Shown here: positions 1 through 10,089 of the stretch, one piece after another
How positions within the stretch are numbered: the stretch's first letter is position 1
Layout of the letters: the number at the start of each line of letters is the position of its first letter
Origin: a virus
IMG/VR virus record: IMGVR_UViG_3300046512_000174
Coordinates: 1 to 64,000 of that record
Direction: 5' to 3' (one strand)
DNA: 64,000 nt
Translations under genes and position numbers: made by a program
The notes under the pieces: model-generated
What the model saw: the letters and a program-made list of their open reading frames with translations, nothing else
Told to the model about the DNA's origin: nothing
Database searches by the model: none

Positions 1-770
1 TCCTCGAACCCCCGGCGGGCGCGACGAAGTGGCGCGTTTTGCGCAAAGGCAGCGACACGATCGCATCCTTCGATGACCCGTCAGCGCTGCTGGTGTTTGA
101 GGGTGAAACCAAGTTTTTCGTTGATGCTGCATCGCTGCCTAACGAGGTAATGGCGTTCTACAAGCCGTTCTACTGGGTCAATGGCGCGTGGGTCGCTGGC
201 CAAGGCAGCAGCGGAACGCCAGCAGCAATCTACGAGGATCACAGCACTGACGTGGTGGCCTTCCTGCGTGAGCGGCTTGAGGCTGGCTTGCAGGTCGAGG
301 TGCAGCGCGGGAACTTCAATACCGAGTTGGGCTACATCCAAGTCTACACAGCGCCACCATCCCTTGAGCAGAACCTGATGTTCCCCTGCGTCACCGTTGA
401 ACTCAACGATGAAGGGCGCGGCGAATCTGGTATCGGCGAAGACATTGGCAGCGATGAGGATGACGAAGAATCCGAAGGCTGGCTTGAGGACGTGTCCGTC
501 AGCATGGTCGCATGGTCCCTCAATCCGCTCGAACGTATCGAGCTGCGTAAAGCGCTTCGCCGCCTGCTTCTGGCGAATCTGCCGGTGCTCGATGACCACG
601 GGATCCAGCAGGTCAGTTTCCGCTTCAGTGACGTCAATGCGGTCAATGGCGAATTCGGCGCACCGGTCTATCAAGTGCTTTGCAATCTTTCATGTGTTGC
701 GCCAGCGCGTGTCAGCGCCCGCGTCAGCACGATTCAGGATGTTGTGGTCACGCTCTCGACCACCACGTAA
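1..770 (+). CDS. Virion neck/tail-completion-type protein (5' truncated by window edge)
   Basis: Frame is open from position 3 (LEPPAGATKWRVLRKGSD...). Lies just upstream of the sheath gene. Confidence 0.55.
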   Translation, partial: LEPPAGATKWRVLRKGSDTIASFDDPSALLVFEGETKFFVDAASLPNEVMAFYKPFYWVNGAWVAGQGSSGTPAAIYEDHSTDVVAFLRERLEAGLQVEVQRGNFNTELGYIQVYTAPPSLEQNLMFPCVTVELNDEGRGESGIGEDIGSDEDDEESEGWLEDVSVSMVAWSLNPLERIELRKALRRLLLANLPVLDDHGIQQVSFRFSDVNAVNGEFGAPVYQVLCNLSCVAPARVSARVSTIQDVVVTLSTTT

Positions 771-809
771 ACCGCCTGCGCGGCGGATTGTTTCCATAAG
801 GACCACACC

Positions 810-1115
810 ATGGCAGCTAAAAGCACCACCAGCGACACCCCTGAAACGACCGAGGCTGTCGCCTCTGCCGCGCAGGTTGCAGCTACTGAAAAACCGACTA
901 TCGCAGAGGACGCAGACATGTCGAACACGCCGGTTCCCGCTGCGTTTCAAATCACTCTGCAGGAATTCATGCAGAAGCTTTCGGCCCGTGATAATCGCGT
1001 TGAGCTGATCAACGCGTTCTATTACACCGAACGCCAAGCCGGCCACATCAAGGACTTCGAAGCGAACTTCCAAGCCCGTTTCGTAGCCTTCACCCAACTT
1101 GTCATTGAGGACTAA
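810..1115 (+). CDS. Hypothetical protein in tail operon
   Basis: AAGGA SD, 101-aa ORF, tightly packed before sheath. Confidence 0.7.
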   Translation: MAAKSTTSDTPETTEAVASAAQVAATEKPTIAEDADMSNTPVPAAFQITLQEFMQKLSARDNRVELINAFYYTERQAGHIKDFEANFQARFVAFTQLVIED

Positions 1116-1120
1116 AATCA

Positions 1121-2839
1121 ATGTCCCTTTTCTTCAACGGTAAGCTGTGGATCACCCCGGCTACGATGTCCAAGATCGACGACTCTGCAATGCAGAGCGC
1201 GAATCTCGGCGTGGGCAACTATGCCGCGCTGCTGGGCACCTGCACTGGTGGTAAACCCAATACGCAACTGGCATTCAGCACCCCGGCCGAGGCCAAGGCA
1301 GTACTGCGCAGTGGCGCACTGCTGGACGCCATCAACAAGGCATTCGCGCCGAGCGCTGACACTGGCGGCCCGTCGACCGTTTACGCCATCCGCGTAAACC
1401 CGGCCGTACAGGCGTCGCTCGTCCTGAATGACACCCCCGGTAACGCGGCTGTCAATCTGGTTTCGACCGACTACGGCCTGTGGAACAACCAGATCAAGGT
1501 CAAGATCGAAGCAGGATCGGTATCTGGTCTGGCGATCACTACCCAGTATCAGACCGACTACTTCTCTGAAGACAACATCGCTCGCGATGCCTTCACGATC
1601 CAGTACACCGGCGCGCTGGCCAGTGCTGCAATGACCGTGACCGGCACCAGTATCGTGTTGCAGGCGCCATCCGGCACCACGGTGGCGACTGTGGATCTCA
1701 CCACCTACGGCACCTATGCGCAGGTGGTCGACTTCATCAATACCGTGCCGGATTTCAGCGCGCTGATCAGCGACACGTCGAACGATGAACTGGCGTCGCT
1801 GAATGGCTTCGATTTTTCGGCCTCGGTCGATGTGAAGACGACTCCGGTCAAGGTTACCGCCAACCTGCAAGCTGTGGTTGACTGGTTCAACTCGAACGGC
1901 GAAGGCTACGTGACCGCAAGCCGGGCGACCGGTGCAGGCGCAATCCCGGCACTGACATCGTTCAAGTACCTCACCGGCGGCTCTGACGGCATCACCAGCA
2001 CCCCGGAATGGTCGGCGGCCTTCACCACCCTGCAAACGGTCGATGCGCAATGGATCACCCCGGTGACTACCAACGCTGCGATCTGGGCGATGACCGAAGC
2101 GCACGTTCAGTACATGTCCAAGTTCGCCGGGATGGAGCGTCGCGCCATCGTTGGTGCGCCGCTGGGCACCTCGGACGAGGACGCCTTGACCATGGCCAAG
2201 TCGCTGGGCAGCGATCGCACCTCGATCGTTCACCTCGGCTACTACGACTACAACGCAGCCGGCAATCTGGTTCTGTTCTCGCCAGCCTACATGGCGGCGC
2301 TCCTGACTGGCATGTTCGCGGGTGTGAACCCGGGCACCGCGTTGAGTAACAAAACGATCACCGTGAGCGGTCTGGAGCGCAAGCTGCGCAACCCAACCGA
2401 CACCGACGCCCTGATCAAGGGTGGTGTTCTGTGCATCGAGGACACCAAGACCGGCTACAAGGTTGTCCAGTCGATCAGTACGTGGATCAAGGACAAAAAG
2501 TTCAACAAGGTTGAGCAGTCCTGTGGCTGGGCGGCTGACTACACCGCGCGCACCGTTCGCGAGGCGCTGGACATCCTGCGCGGCGAAAAGAACAACCAAG
2601 TCAACCTTGGTCGCGCAGCGAGTATCACCCAGACCGCCCTGAAAGCGCTGGCAGTTGCTGAGCCTTCCGGCCCGGGTGTTCTGGCCGGCGATAAAGCAAA
2701 TCCGCCGTTCCGTGGTATCACCGTCACGGCAGATGGCGACGTGCTGGCTGTGGCGTTTGAATGCTCCCCGGTCATCCCTATCAACTACATCCCGGTTTCG
2801 ATCTCGCTGAAGATCTTCACCGGCACTGCCTCGGCATAA
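1121..2839 (+). CDS. Contractile tail sheath protein
   Basis: 572 aa, GAGG SD, sheath-like motifs (YLTGGSDG, ERRAIVG, C-terminal PVIPINYIPVSI), directly followed by tube-sized gene. Confidence 0.9.
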   Translation: MSLFFNGKLWITPATMSKIDDSAMQSANLGVGNYAALLGTCTGGKPNTQLAFSTPAEAKAVLRSGALLDAINKAFAPSADTGGPSTVYAIRVNPAVQASLVLNDTPGNAAVNLVSTDYGLWNNQIKVKIEAGSVSGLAITTQYQTDYFSEDNIARDAFTIQYTGALASAAMTVTGTSIVLQAPSGTTVATVDLTTYGTYAQVVDFINTVPDFSALISDTSNDELASLNGFDFSASVDVKTTPVKVTANLQAVVDWFNSNGEGYVTASRATGAGAIPALTSFKYLTGGSDGITSTPEWSAAFTTLQTVDAQWITPVTTNAAIWAMTEAHVQYMSKFAGMERRAIVGAPLGTSDEDALTMAKSLGSDRTSIVHLGYYDYNAAGNLVLFSPAYMAALLTGMFAGVNPGTALSNKTITVSGLERKLRNPTDTDALIKGGVLCIEDTKTGYKVVQSISTWIKDKKFNKVEQSCGWAADYTARTVREALDILRGEKNNQVNLGRAASITQTALKALAVAEPSGPGVLAGDKANPPFRGITVTADGDVLAVAFECSPVIPINYIPVSISLKIFTGTASA

Positions 2840-2852
2840 GGAGGGGTAGACC

Positions 2853-3275
2853 ATGAGAGAGAATCGGAAGGTCCAGAGTGGTAACCGGATCATCATCACG
2901 TATGACGGTTTCCAAGTGGGCATGGTCCAGTCGGTCCGCATGAACGACGACTACTCGCCCGAGCCGGCCTCTGGCATTGGCGATATCCACGCTCAGGAGT
3001 ACGTGCCAACCATGGCGCGCCATTCCCTGACGGTGAGTCGCATGATCCTGATCGCCGACAAGATGCGCGAGCGTGGCATTTTTGCCGAAAACGGCGATGC
3101 CATGCTGCAAGGCTTGGTCTTCGACATCGAGACCTACTCCAAGGATGATGGCACGCTGTTGCGCAAATACATTGGCTGCTCTTACGCATCGGGCGACCTC
3201 GAAGTATCCAAGCACCAGATCCTGATTGGCTCCGGCCAGTTCAACGCTCTGGACACCAGCGGCACCGGCGCCTAA
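2853..3275 (+). CDS. Tail tube protein
   Basis: 140 aa after sheath, strong AGGAGG SD, tube-like motif VGMVQSVR...GIGDIHAQEYVP. Confidence 0.85.
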   Translation: MRENRKVQSGNRIIITYDGFQVGMVQSVRMNDDYSPEPASGIGDIHAQEYVPTMARHSLTVSRMILIADKMRERGIFAENGDAMLQGLVFDIETYSKDDGTLLRKYIGCSYASGDLEVSKHQILIGSGQFNALDTSGTGA

Positions 3276-3293
3276 CTGCGCCAAGGCAACACC

Positions 3294-3320
3294 AAAAAGC
3301 CCGCCTAGTGCGGGCTTTTT
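3294..3320 (+). terminator. Rho-independent terminator (bidirectional-type)
   Basis: AAAAAGCCCGC-CTAGT-GCGGGCTTTTT after tube gene. Confidence 0.85.
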
Positions 3321-3336
3321 GTCGTGACCCAACAAT
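3321..3336 (+). promoter_or_regulatory. Putative late promoter (GTCGTGAY-N2-NANNMT)
   Basis: GTCGTGAC-CC-AACAAT immediately after terminator. One of five intergenic copies. Confidence 0.65.
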
Positions 3337-3374
3337 GACGGAATTGTGTTCAATCCTGACCACTTGGAGCCGAT

Positions 3375-3803
3375 ATGAGTACCGAAGAAAAAAACCGACA
3401 GGGCCGCGCCGCAGCTGCCACTGATTTCCATCTGCACGTTGACAGCATCGGCAGCTTCACTTTTGCGCGCCGCACCATGCGAGACGAGATGCGTATTGCG
3501 GCCGAGTATTCCAGATTCACCGAAGGCCTCACCCAGCCGAGCAATTACCTCGACACGATGGCCGGGTGGATTGCCACGCTGAACGTGCTTACGGTGTCGA
3601 TGCCGCACAGTTGGGATCCAGAAAACATGGACCCTTTTGATCCTGAGAGTGAGGAAAAAATCCTCAAGGTCTATAGCGCGCTTCGCGTCAAGGAGGGATC
3701 TTTTCGCCCTAAAGAGAAAGCAGCGGGCGAAGATGTCCGGACGGGAGATGGCGGAGCGGGTGAGCTTCTGGTTTCGCCACCGGTACCACCTGCCGCCGAC
3801 TGA
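3375..3803 (+). CDS. Tail assembly chaperone (G-type)
   Basis: Between tube and tape measure, GGAG SD, overlapped by a +1-frame ORF. Confidence 0.75.
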   Translation: MSTEEKNRQGRAAAATDFHLHVDSIGSFTFARRTMRDEMRIAAEYSRFTEGLTQPSNYLDTMAGWIATLNVLTVSMPHSWDPENMDPFDPESEEKILKVYSALRVKEGSFRPKEKAAGEDVRTGDGGAGELLVSPPVPPAAD

Positions 3804-4023
3804 TCCGCGCTTTCTCGATATGACGCTCGAGGCTATGGAGGCTGAGTACTGGGCAGTTCATTACTTCGAGAACAAGGATTCCAACAGCGAGGAATTTGAG
3901 GACGACGATTTCGATGAGGCGGCAATTCTTGCGCAGATCGAAGCCGATGCGCTGGAAGCTGAAAAACGACGTGAGGCCGAGGAAGGCCCACCCGACCCGG
4001 GTGACTGGGAACCAATTGAGTAA
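3703..4023 (+). CDS. Tail assembly chaperone extension (T-type), probably reached by frameshift
   Basis: +1 frame ORF (3637-4023) with YHLPPTDPRFLDMT motif and acidic tail. Candidate slip site TCT TTT CGC at 3699-3707. Confidence 0.6.
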   Translation, partial: FALKRKQRAKMSGREMAERVSFWFRHRYHLPPTDPRFLDMTLEAMEAEYWAVHYFENKDSNSEEFEDDDFDEAAILAQIEADALEAEKRREAEEGPPDPGDWEPIE

Positions 4024-4031
4024 CTGATCGC

Positions 4032-6635
4032 ATGAGCATCAAAATCCCCGTAAGCGCCGAACTGAACCAGCAGCAGATTACCGGCCAGATTGATCAGGTC
4101 CGCGATGCGCTGAACAATCTCGGCCGCGATGCTCAGGGCGCAGGCAAGATCAAGTTTGACCCCATCAACAGCGTGAGCCTTGAAAACGTCAAGAAGATGC
4201 GCGCCGAGTTTGACGCCATCGTCAAGATGTCGCCGGGGCTTAAAAAAGCGCTCGATACAGCCGGTCAAGGCGGCAAACCTTTCGATGAAGTTCGTTGGGG
4301 AAAGGTTTGGACTGATGACAAACAACGTCGTGAGCATGCGGCAACGCTGCTGCGTCGTCTGGCACCAAAGCAGCTGTCTGACAACCCTGCCCCTGAAGCG
4401 CCTGCCGTTAATCGACGATCTGCCCAGCCAACCCCGGGAACCGGTGGATGGGGCCGGGCAGCGATGGGCGGCGTTGCTGGTATTGCCGGCGGCGTTGCCA
4501 GCCAGATTGGTGGAATTGGCGGCGGGATGGCGTCTGGCGCCCTTGCTGGGGGTCTTGCAGGCGGCCCTATCGGCGCGGCTGTCGGCGGCTTGGCTGGCGC
4601 CATAACCAGCCTGCTCGGCGCTATTGGTGAAGCCAGAGACATCGCTGTAGGGCTGGACACGCTGAAGCGCACCCTCGGTGACACCAACGTATCGTTCAAG
4701 GATCTGCAGGACAGCACGCGCAGCCTTGCGGATGAATACAGCCTTGCGGATACCGAGGCGTCCGCCCTGACAAAGCGCTATGCAACGCTGGCGAACTCTG
4801 GAAAGGATACAGCCGCGCTGCGCAACGAGGTCGGTGTTGGTGTTGGGTTCTCCCGATCGTTCGGCCTTGATCCGTCTGCGGGCGTTGGCTTCTTTGGCCA
4901 GATGCAGGGCATGGGGATCACCCGTGGCGCTGATGACAGCAAAAAGCTTGCGCTGCTGATCGGTGAAAGCGTCGCCAAGGCCGGTGACCTGCCGCGTCTT
5001 GGCGACGTGCTGGCCGGGCTTACCCGGTTCATGGAAGGTGCTGCACGCACCAGCCTGACAAATCCGAACGCGACGGCATGGTTGTCGCGATTCGCGGGAC
5101 TGGAAAAAAGCGGGCTGTCCGGTATGGATCCGACCACGGCCGCCAGCATCATCGGCAGTATAGACGGCAGTATCCGACAGGGTGGCATTACCGAAGCCGG
5201 CAAAAACTTTATGAACGGCGTGCTGCAGCGCGATCAAGGTCTGAATACGATTCAGGCTGCGATCCAGCTGGAGGGCGGAGCGTTCGGCACCGGGCGCTCA
5301 ACGTTCGGTGCCGACTCGCCGATGTCGCGGTTTTATTCAAGATTCGGCGGTGGTGCGCCACTCGATTCGTGGAGTGCCGATGAAAGCAACGTCAGCGTGC
5401 TACAGAAAAATCTGGTCCAGCAGTACAGGGGTAAACCGCCTGAATTGATGCTGGACGCCTTCAAAAACACCTTCGGCACCAGTTACGGGCAGTCAGCGGC
5501 ATGGATGGCGACTGACCCACAACAAAATGACAGCATGCTCAAGCGCATGCAGCGTCTGGGTATCAACTGGAAGGACGTGAACGCTTCGGGCGTTTCGAAA
5601 ATCAGCCAGATTGAAGCGAACGGCAACCTCTCGGAAAAGGAAAAGGACAGTCAGATCCGCAAGGCCGCCGCGAATTACCAAGAGGACACGGTCGGTTCCG
5701 AAGCGCGGCGCGCCAGTATCGACGGATCGAACGCCATGGTTCGATTGGCGACAGAAGGCCTGCCAATGATCAGTTCGATTCAGGCCGGCGTATTGAAACT
5801 TGCCGGGCTGGATGGATTCAGTCCGCAAAAGGCCGCGCTAAAGAGCGAGCATGAACGGCGCATGGCGGAGATCGATAATGGCCCGCTGGCAGCCGAGCGC
5901 GGAAAAGCCGTGAAAAACTACAAGGATGTTGTTCCTTTGTGGAAGCAAATCAGCGGCGTCGGCCTGAACGATGATGAGCAGCAGGCAAAGGATTGGCTTG
6001 ATAGCGCGAACAGTGACATTTCTGCCGCCAGAGAGGCCGAGGACGCGAAGTACAACAGCAGCCTCGATGTCCTCAATACCAGCCCAAGCCCGGGGATCTC
6101 CTCGGCCGCTGTGAAGCCAACCGACGACTTGCTGGCACGCGCCGCTGAGTCGGACAAAAAGGCAGGCCTACCGCCGGGTACGACCGCTGGCCTGATGATG
6201 CAGGAAAGCGGATTCAATCCGCAGGCAGTCAGCTCGGCAGGTGCTCTGGGCATGCACCAGATCATGCCGTCGAACATCAAGTCGTTGTCCAAGCGCGCCG
6301 GGCGCAAGCTCGATCCGACCAATACCGATGACTCGTTTTACATGTACGACGAGCTGATGGCAGAGCGCAAGCGCAAGTACGGCAGCGATACCGACAAGAT
6401 GCTGCGCAGCTACCATGGTGGCTACGATGAAACCGAATGGGGCAAGGTCAATGCTGACTACATCCCGGCGATCGAGCGGCGCAAACGCGAGCTGGCGAAG
6501 AACGGCGCAGGTACATCGGTCTCGCACAAAGTTGAGGTCGATGTCACCATGCGCGATCAATCTGGCAACCAGATGAACAACGCCTCGATCAACACCACGG
6601 TCGGGAAGCCAACAGTCAGCGGAGCAGCAGAATAA
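4032..6635 (+). CDS. Tape measure protein with C-terminal lytic transglycosylase (SLT) domain
   Basis: 867 aa, Gly/Ala-rich helical region, SLT motifs MMQESGFNPQAVSSAGALGMHQIMP and SYHGG. Confidence 0.85.
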   Translation: MSIKIPVSAELNQQQITGQIDQVRDALNNLGRDAQGAGKIKFDPINSVSLENVKKMRAEFDAIVKMSPGLKKALDTAGQGGKPFDEVRWGKVWTDDKQRREHAATLLRRLAPKQLSDNPAPEAPAVNRRSAQPTPGTGGWGRAAMGGVAGIAGGVASQIGGIGGGMASGALAGGLAGGPIGAAVGGLAGAITSLLGAIGEARDIAVGLDTLKRTLGDTNVSFKDLQDSTRSLADEYSLADTEASALTKRYATLANSGKDTAALRNEVGVGVGFSRSFGLDPSAGVGFFGQMQGMGITRGADDSKKLALLIGESVAKAGDLPRLGDVLAGLTRFMEGAARTSLTNPNATAWLSRFAGLEKSGLSGMDPTTAASIIGSIDGSIRQGGITEAGKNFMNGVLQRDQGLNTIQAAIQLEGGAFGTGRSTFGADSPMSRFYSRFGGGAPLDSWSADESNVSVLQKNLVQQYRGKPPELMLDAFKNTFGTSYGQSAAWMATDPQQNDSMLKRMQRLGINWKDVNASGVSKISQIEANGNLSEKEKDSQIRKAAANYQEDTVGSEARRASIDGSNAMVRLATEGLPMISSIQAGVLKLAGLDGFSPQKAALKSEHERRMAEIDNGPLAAERGKAVKNYKDVVPLWKQISGVGLNDDEQQAKDWLDSANSDISAAREAEDAKYNSSLDVLNTSPSPGISSAAVKPTDDLLARAAESDKKAGLPPGTTAGLMMQESGFNPQAVSSAGALGMHQIMPSNIKSLSKRAGRKLDPTNTDDSFYMYDELMAERKRKYGSDTDKMLRSYHGGYDETEWGKVNADYIPAIERRKRELAKNGAGTSVSHKVEVDVTMRDQSGNQMNNASINTTVGKPTVSGAAE

Positions 6636-8144
6636 ATGGATATCAAAGTCCACCTACCGCGCTATCAGGTTCTGGTGACGAAAACGGTAAAGCGCAAGAC
6701 CGTGGACGGCTACATGCCGACCTCTACCCGGTTTCAGGGAGCATTCGACACCATCGATCTTGCCCCATGGCTTGGTGATGGGTCTTCGATATCGACGGTG
6801 AAAGGAGTGAATCAGGCAGCTGGTGGATTTTCCATCACCATCCCCGACATGCCAGTCACGTCGTCAACCGGCGGCCTAGACACGCTCTATGGCATCATCG
6901 AACCGATGGACCTGATCCAGATCAAAGTTCAACATTCACCTTCGGAATGGGCCGGCAACAAATTGCCGGTGATCATGCGCGGGTTCGTCTCTAAGGTGAC
7001 CCGACAAGAAGGCATGTCGCCTGATGGGAAGCCCGGAAGATTCGTCATGATCAACGGGCAGGACTACGGGAAAATCTGGCAGATCATTCAGATTTTCTAC
7101 GGACCGTCGTACATCTTTGGCGAGGACATTCTTTCCGCGTTCAAGCTGATGGACAAGTTCGGCGCCGGCTTCAAAAATGCCATGAGCAACATCGAGTTTC
7201 TGCAAACAGCGATCGACCAGATCATCAACCCATTTCTGACTCGGCTGCTTCCGGAGGGAAGCGGGTTCCCACTGATCAGTTTGAATACCGATCACGTTGT
7301 CGAGGGAGCCGTTGGCATTACCGGGATCCAGTCCGCCGAGGGCACGATCTACCAGTTGATGCGCAATTATCTGGATATCGGGCCATTCAACGAGCTGTTT
7401 ATCGCTGATGACGACGCTGGTACCCACTGTATTTACCGGCAGAATCCGGCAATTGGTCTCGATGGCTACCCGCTTGCGCCAGACGTGACTGAGCTGCCAT
7501 CGTCAAACCCTCTCACCCTCTCGGATGCGACCACGCTGAACATCATCGACGTTCCAGCCGAGGACATCATTGCGATGGATGTTTCGCGCTCTGATGAAGG
7601 TGTGGGCAACTATTACTGGGTGTCGGCGCCGAGCTTCAGCCTGAACAGTGACGCCCTGCAGCGGCAGATGGGTTACAGCAGCTCCGAGCGAGCTACCATC
7701 GACCTGTCAGAGTACCCCAACAGCTCGTCGACGCTGTACGGCACTCGCCTGATGTGGATCGATACAAAGCTGGGCGGCCCCGCCGTCACCAACACCAAAT
7801 CGGGGCTGTCGGAGGCCGAGCAGGATAAGCGCGACATAAACCTGTTCGACTGGCTGCGGATCCGCCGAGAATTTCTGGTGGCGCAGAACCGCGACAACAG
7901 CATCCTTGAGAGTGGCACGCTGCGGATGCGTGGCAACGAGAACATCCGCGCCGGGAACTATGTTCGAGTGTGGCGAGGAACTTTCATCGCGGTATTTTAC
8001 GTCGCCTCAGTCTCGCACAGCATTATGCCTTTGCGCGGGTTTTACACCACACTAACCCTGACCCGTGGCACCGGATTTGCCGATCGCATCCGAATGGCTG
8101 GCGGTGTAGATTCCCCTTATCTGAGCGAACTGGCGGGGCTATGA
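6636..8144 (+). CDS. Baseplate hub protein (gp27/VgrG-N-like)
   Basis: 502 aa after tape measure. C-terminal GTLRMRGNENIRAG...FYVASVSH...YTTLTLTRG pattern. Confidence 0.7.
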   Translation: MDIKVHLPRYQVLVTKTVKRKTVDGYMPTSTRFQGAFDTIDLAPWLGDGSSISTVKGVNQAAGGFSITIPDMPVTSSTGGLDTLYGIIEPMDLIQIKVQHSPSEWAGNKLPVIMRGFVSKVTRQEGMSPDGKPGRFVMINGQDYGKIWQIIQIFYGPSYIFGEDILSAFKLMDKFGAGFKNAMSNIEFLQTAIDQIINPFLTRLLPEGSGFPLISLNTDHVVEGAVGITGIQSAEGTIYQLMRNYLDIGPFNELFIADDDAGTHCIYRQNPAIGLDGYPLAPDVTELPSSNPLTLSDATTLNIIDVPAEDIIAMDVSRSDEGVGNYYWVSAPSFSLNSDALQRQMGYSSSERATIDLSEYPNSSSTLYGTRLMWIDTKLGGPAVTNTKSGLSEAEQDKRDINLFDWLRIRREFLVAQNRDNSILESGTLRMRGNENIRAGNYVRVWRGTFIAVFYVASVSHSIMPLRGFYTTLTLTRGTGFADRIRMAGGVDSPYLSELAGL

Positions 8145-8908
8145 GCACAAAAACACGCGCAAAAGTGATTACGATCCATCCTGAAGACCACTCTTGCGAC
8201 GTCCGCCTTCTGCGCGATGGTAGCCTGCTGGCGGGTCTTCAGGTTTTGTCGTCATCCGCCAGCACGAACACCGGTCTGAATGATCTGCCAACGCCATCCA
8301 CTCCGCCAGCAGGGCAATGGATTCAGCGCACTGATCGCGACATCATCGCCATTGTCGATTGGTGCGATGGCGTCCCATACGTGGAAGGATTTCTGTTTCC
8401 GCAGATCTGCCAAATGACTTTCAAGGAAGCTAACCGAAAGGTTGATCGGCATGCATCGGACTTTTACCACACGGTAGATGCGGCGGGGAATGCTGAGTGG
8501 TACCACCCGAGCGGGACCTACCTGCGCATGGGCGAAAGTCCCGCTCACGAAGATCTGACCGGCAAGGACGTGGACAAGAAGTGGGCAATCACCAAGAACA
8601 CCACTCGCGCTCCACATGTGCAGTTGGTGGTGGCCAGTGCCGGTGCGGCCGCGCTGACGATCAACATTGATCCCGGCGGGAATCTTACGGTGACCAGCGC
8701 TGCTGGTGCCGCTACGCTGGTGTTCCCCGGAGGGACCACCATCGATACCCCGCTGACTACAATGACCGGAGATCTCAAGGTAGACGGCAACATCAAGGCT
8801 GATGGCGAGATTACGGACCACACCAGATCGATGCAGGGTGATCGCGACATCTACAACATCCACACTCACCCGGCGAACGCGACCCAAGCACCCAACCAAC
8901 AGATGTAA
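8141..8908 (+). CDS. Baseplate central spike (gpV/gp45-like)
   Basis: ATGA overlap with hub, OB-like N-terminus, beta-repeat region, C-terminal HxH metal-binding tip (YNIHTH). Confidence 0.8.
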   Translation: MSTKTRAKVITIHPEDHSCDVRLLRDGSLLAGLQVLSSSASTNTGLNDLPTPSTPPAGQWIQRTDRDIIAIVDWCDGVPYVEGFLFPQICQMTFKEANRKVDRHASDFYHTVDAAGNAEWYHPSGTYLRMGESPAHEDLTGKDVDKKWAITKNTTRAPHVQLVVASAGAAALTINIDPGGNLTVTSAAGAATLVFPGGTTIDTPLTTMTGDLKVDGNIKADGEITDHTRSMQGDRDIYNIHTHPANATQAPNQQM

Positions 8909-8912
8909 ATCC

Positions 8913-8928
8913 GTCGTGACGCCATTAT
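8913..8928 (+). promoter_or_regulatory. Putative late promoter
   Basis: GTCGTGAC-GC-CATTAT, ending 6 nt before ATG 8935. Confidence 0.6.
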
Positions 8929-8934
8929 GGCGTC

Positions 8935-10089
8935 ATGGACCTATCTACGCCCGCATCGCAGAAAGCAGACGAATGCCCCATTACTTTTGTGATGGAGGAC
9001 GAGTCTGCCGGTACGTCTGACGAACTTACCCTCCTGATTCGACCGGAGGAGCTGTCTATCGGCTTCCCGAGCCGCATGTCTGTCAATCAGACGCTTGGCG
9101 GAGGATGGGCTGACAGTTTCGGCGAGGGCATCGAGGAAGGCACCTACGCGGGCACGCTGGGTTGGCGCGCCACCAGCTCCGACAGTGGCGGCACCGAGCG
9201 GCTGGCAAAAATGAAGGAATTCACCTACAGCGACTGGCACGCGCGCCGCGCCGCTGCCGTCGTAAAAGGTGATGACCCGAGCATGGTGCGGCTGATTCTG
9301 GTCGACACCCTGAACAACTATTCGCGAGTCATCGCGCCGAGAATATTTGAGCTGAAGCGCAGCAAGAGTCGGCCACTGCTGTCGCAATATCGGTTCAACT
9401 TCGTGATGCTTTCCAAGGACGTCACTCGACAAGACCTGCTGCTGTCCGACACGGGTTTTGGTGGGATTCTTGGGACCATCGGTTCGTGGATCGACAGCTT
9501 TACCGCGTCGATCAACAACATCACCAATCGCATCCGTGAAGCCTACAAATGGATCGATAAAACGATCATCGCGCCGATCAAGAAGTTTGTAGCTACCACC
9601 ATGCGGCTGTACAACGCGGTGAAGAATCTGGTCACAGCGGGTGTTGGCATCATTCGACAGGTCGGCAGCATTGCGACACTGGCCACGCAGGCCATCACCA
9701 ACGTTTTGCGCGCGGCAGCGATCGTGATCAACATCCCGAATATAGGCAAGGCCGCAATCATGAATGTGGTGCGTGAATACACCAACCTTTTCTGCCTCCT
9801 GAAGAACGCAAAAAAGGTTCTCGATTATGAAGACTACTCGGACATTTACGGCGCCTCGAACTGCTCGTCTACCGGTGGCGGCCGCTCCATTTCCGTTTAC
9901 TCTGGGTCGACCAACAACACGTTCGCTGCAATCGCCAAGGAAACGCCGTCGCCAGTCATCGTTACGCAGGCTGCTTCGAACAGCATGAAGACTCTCGCGG
10001 GGACTGACTTGGTGACAACGCCACTACCGAGTTCGGTGATCGCCAGCAACCTCAACGTGATCAATTCCGGCGTGTCGGTGACGGCATGA
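8935..10089 (+). CDS. Tail/baseplate protein (tube-initiator-like)
   Basis: 384 aa within baseplate cluster, PEELSI...VNQTLGGGWADSFGEG motif. Confidence 0.6.
   Translation: MDLSTPASQKADECPITFVMEDESAGTSDELTLLIRPEELSIGFPSRMSVNQTLGGGWADSFGEGIEEGTYAGTLGWRATSSDSGGTERLAKMKEFTYSDWHARRAAAVVKGDDPSMVRLILVDTLNNYSRVIAPRIFELKRSKSRPLLSQYRFNFVMLSKDVTRQDLLLSDTGFGGILGTIGSWIDSFTASINNITNRIREAYKWIDKTIIAPIKKFVATTMRLYNAVKNLVTAGVGIIRQVGSIATLATQAITNVLRAAAIVINIPNIGKAAIMNVVREYTNLFCLLKNAKKVLDYEDYSDIYGASNCSSTGGGRSISVYSGSTNNTFAAIAKETPSPVIVTQAASNSMKTLAGTDLVTTPLPSSVIASNLNVINSGVSVTA

Noticed and set aside
1118-2941. 607-aa minus-strand ORF
   Set aside because: Antisense shadow of the sheath gene, expected from GC-rich codon bias. 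No SD or recognisable motifs.
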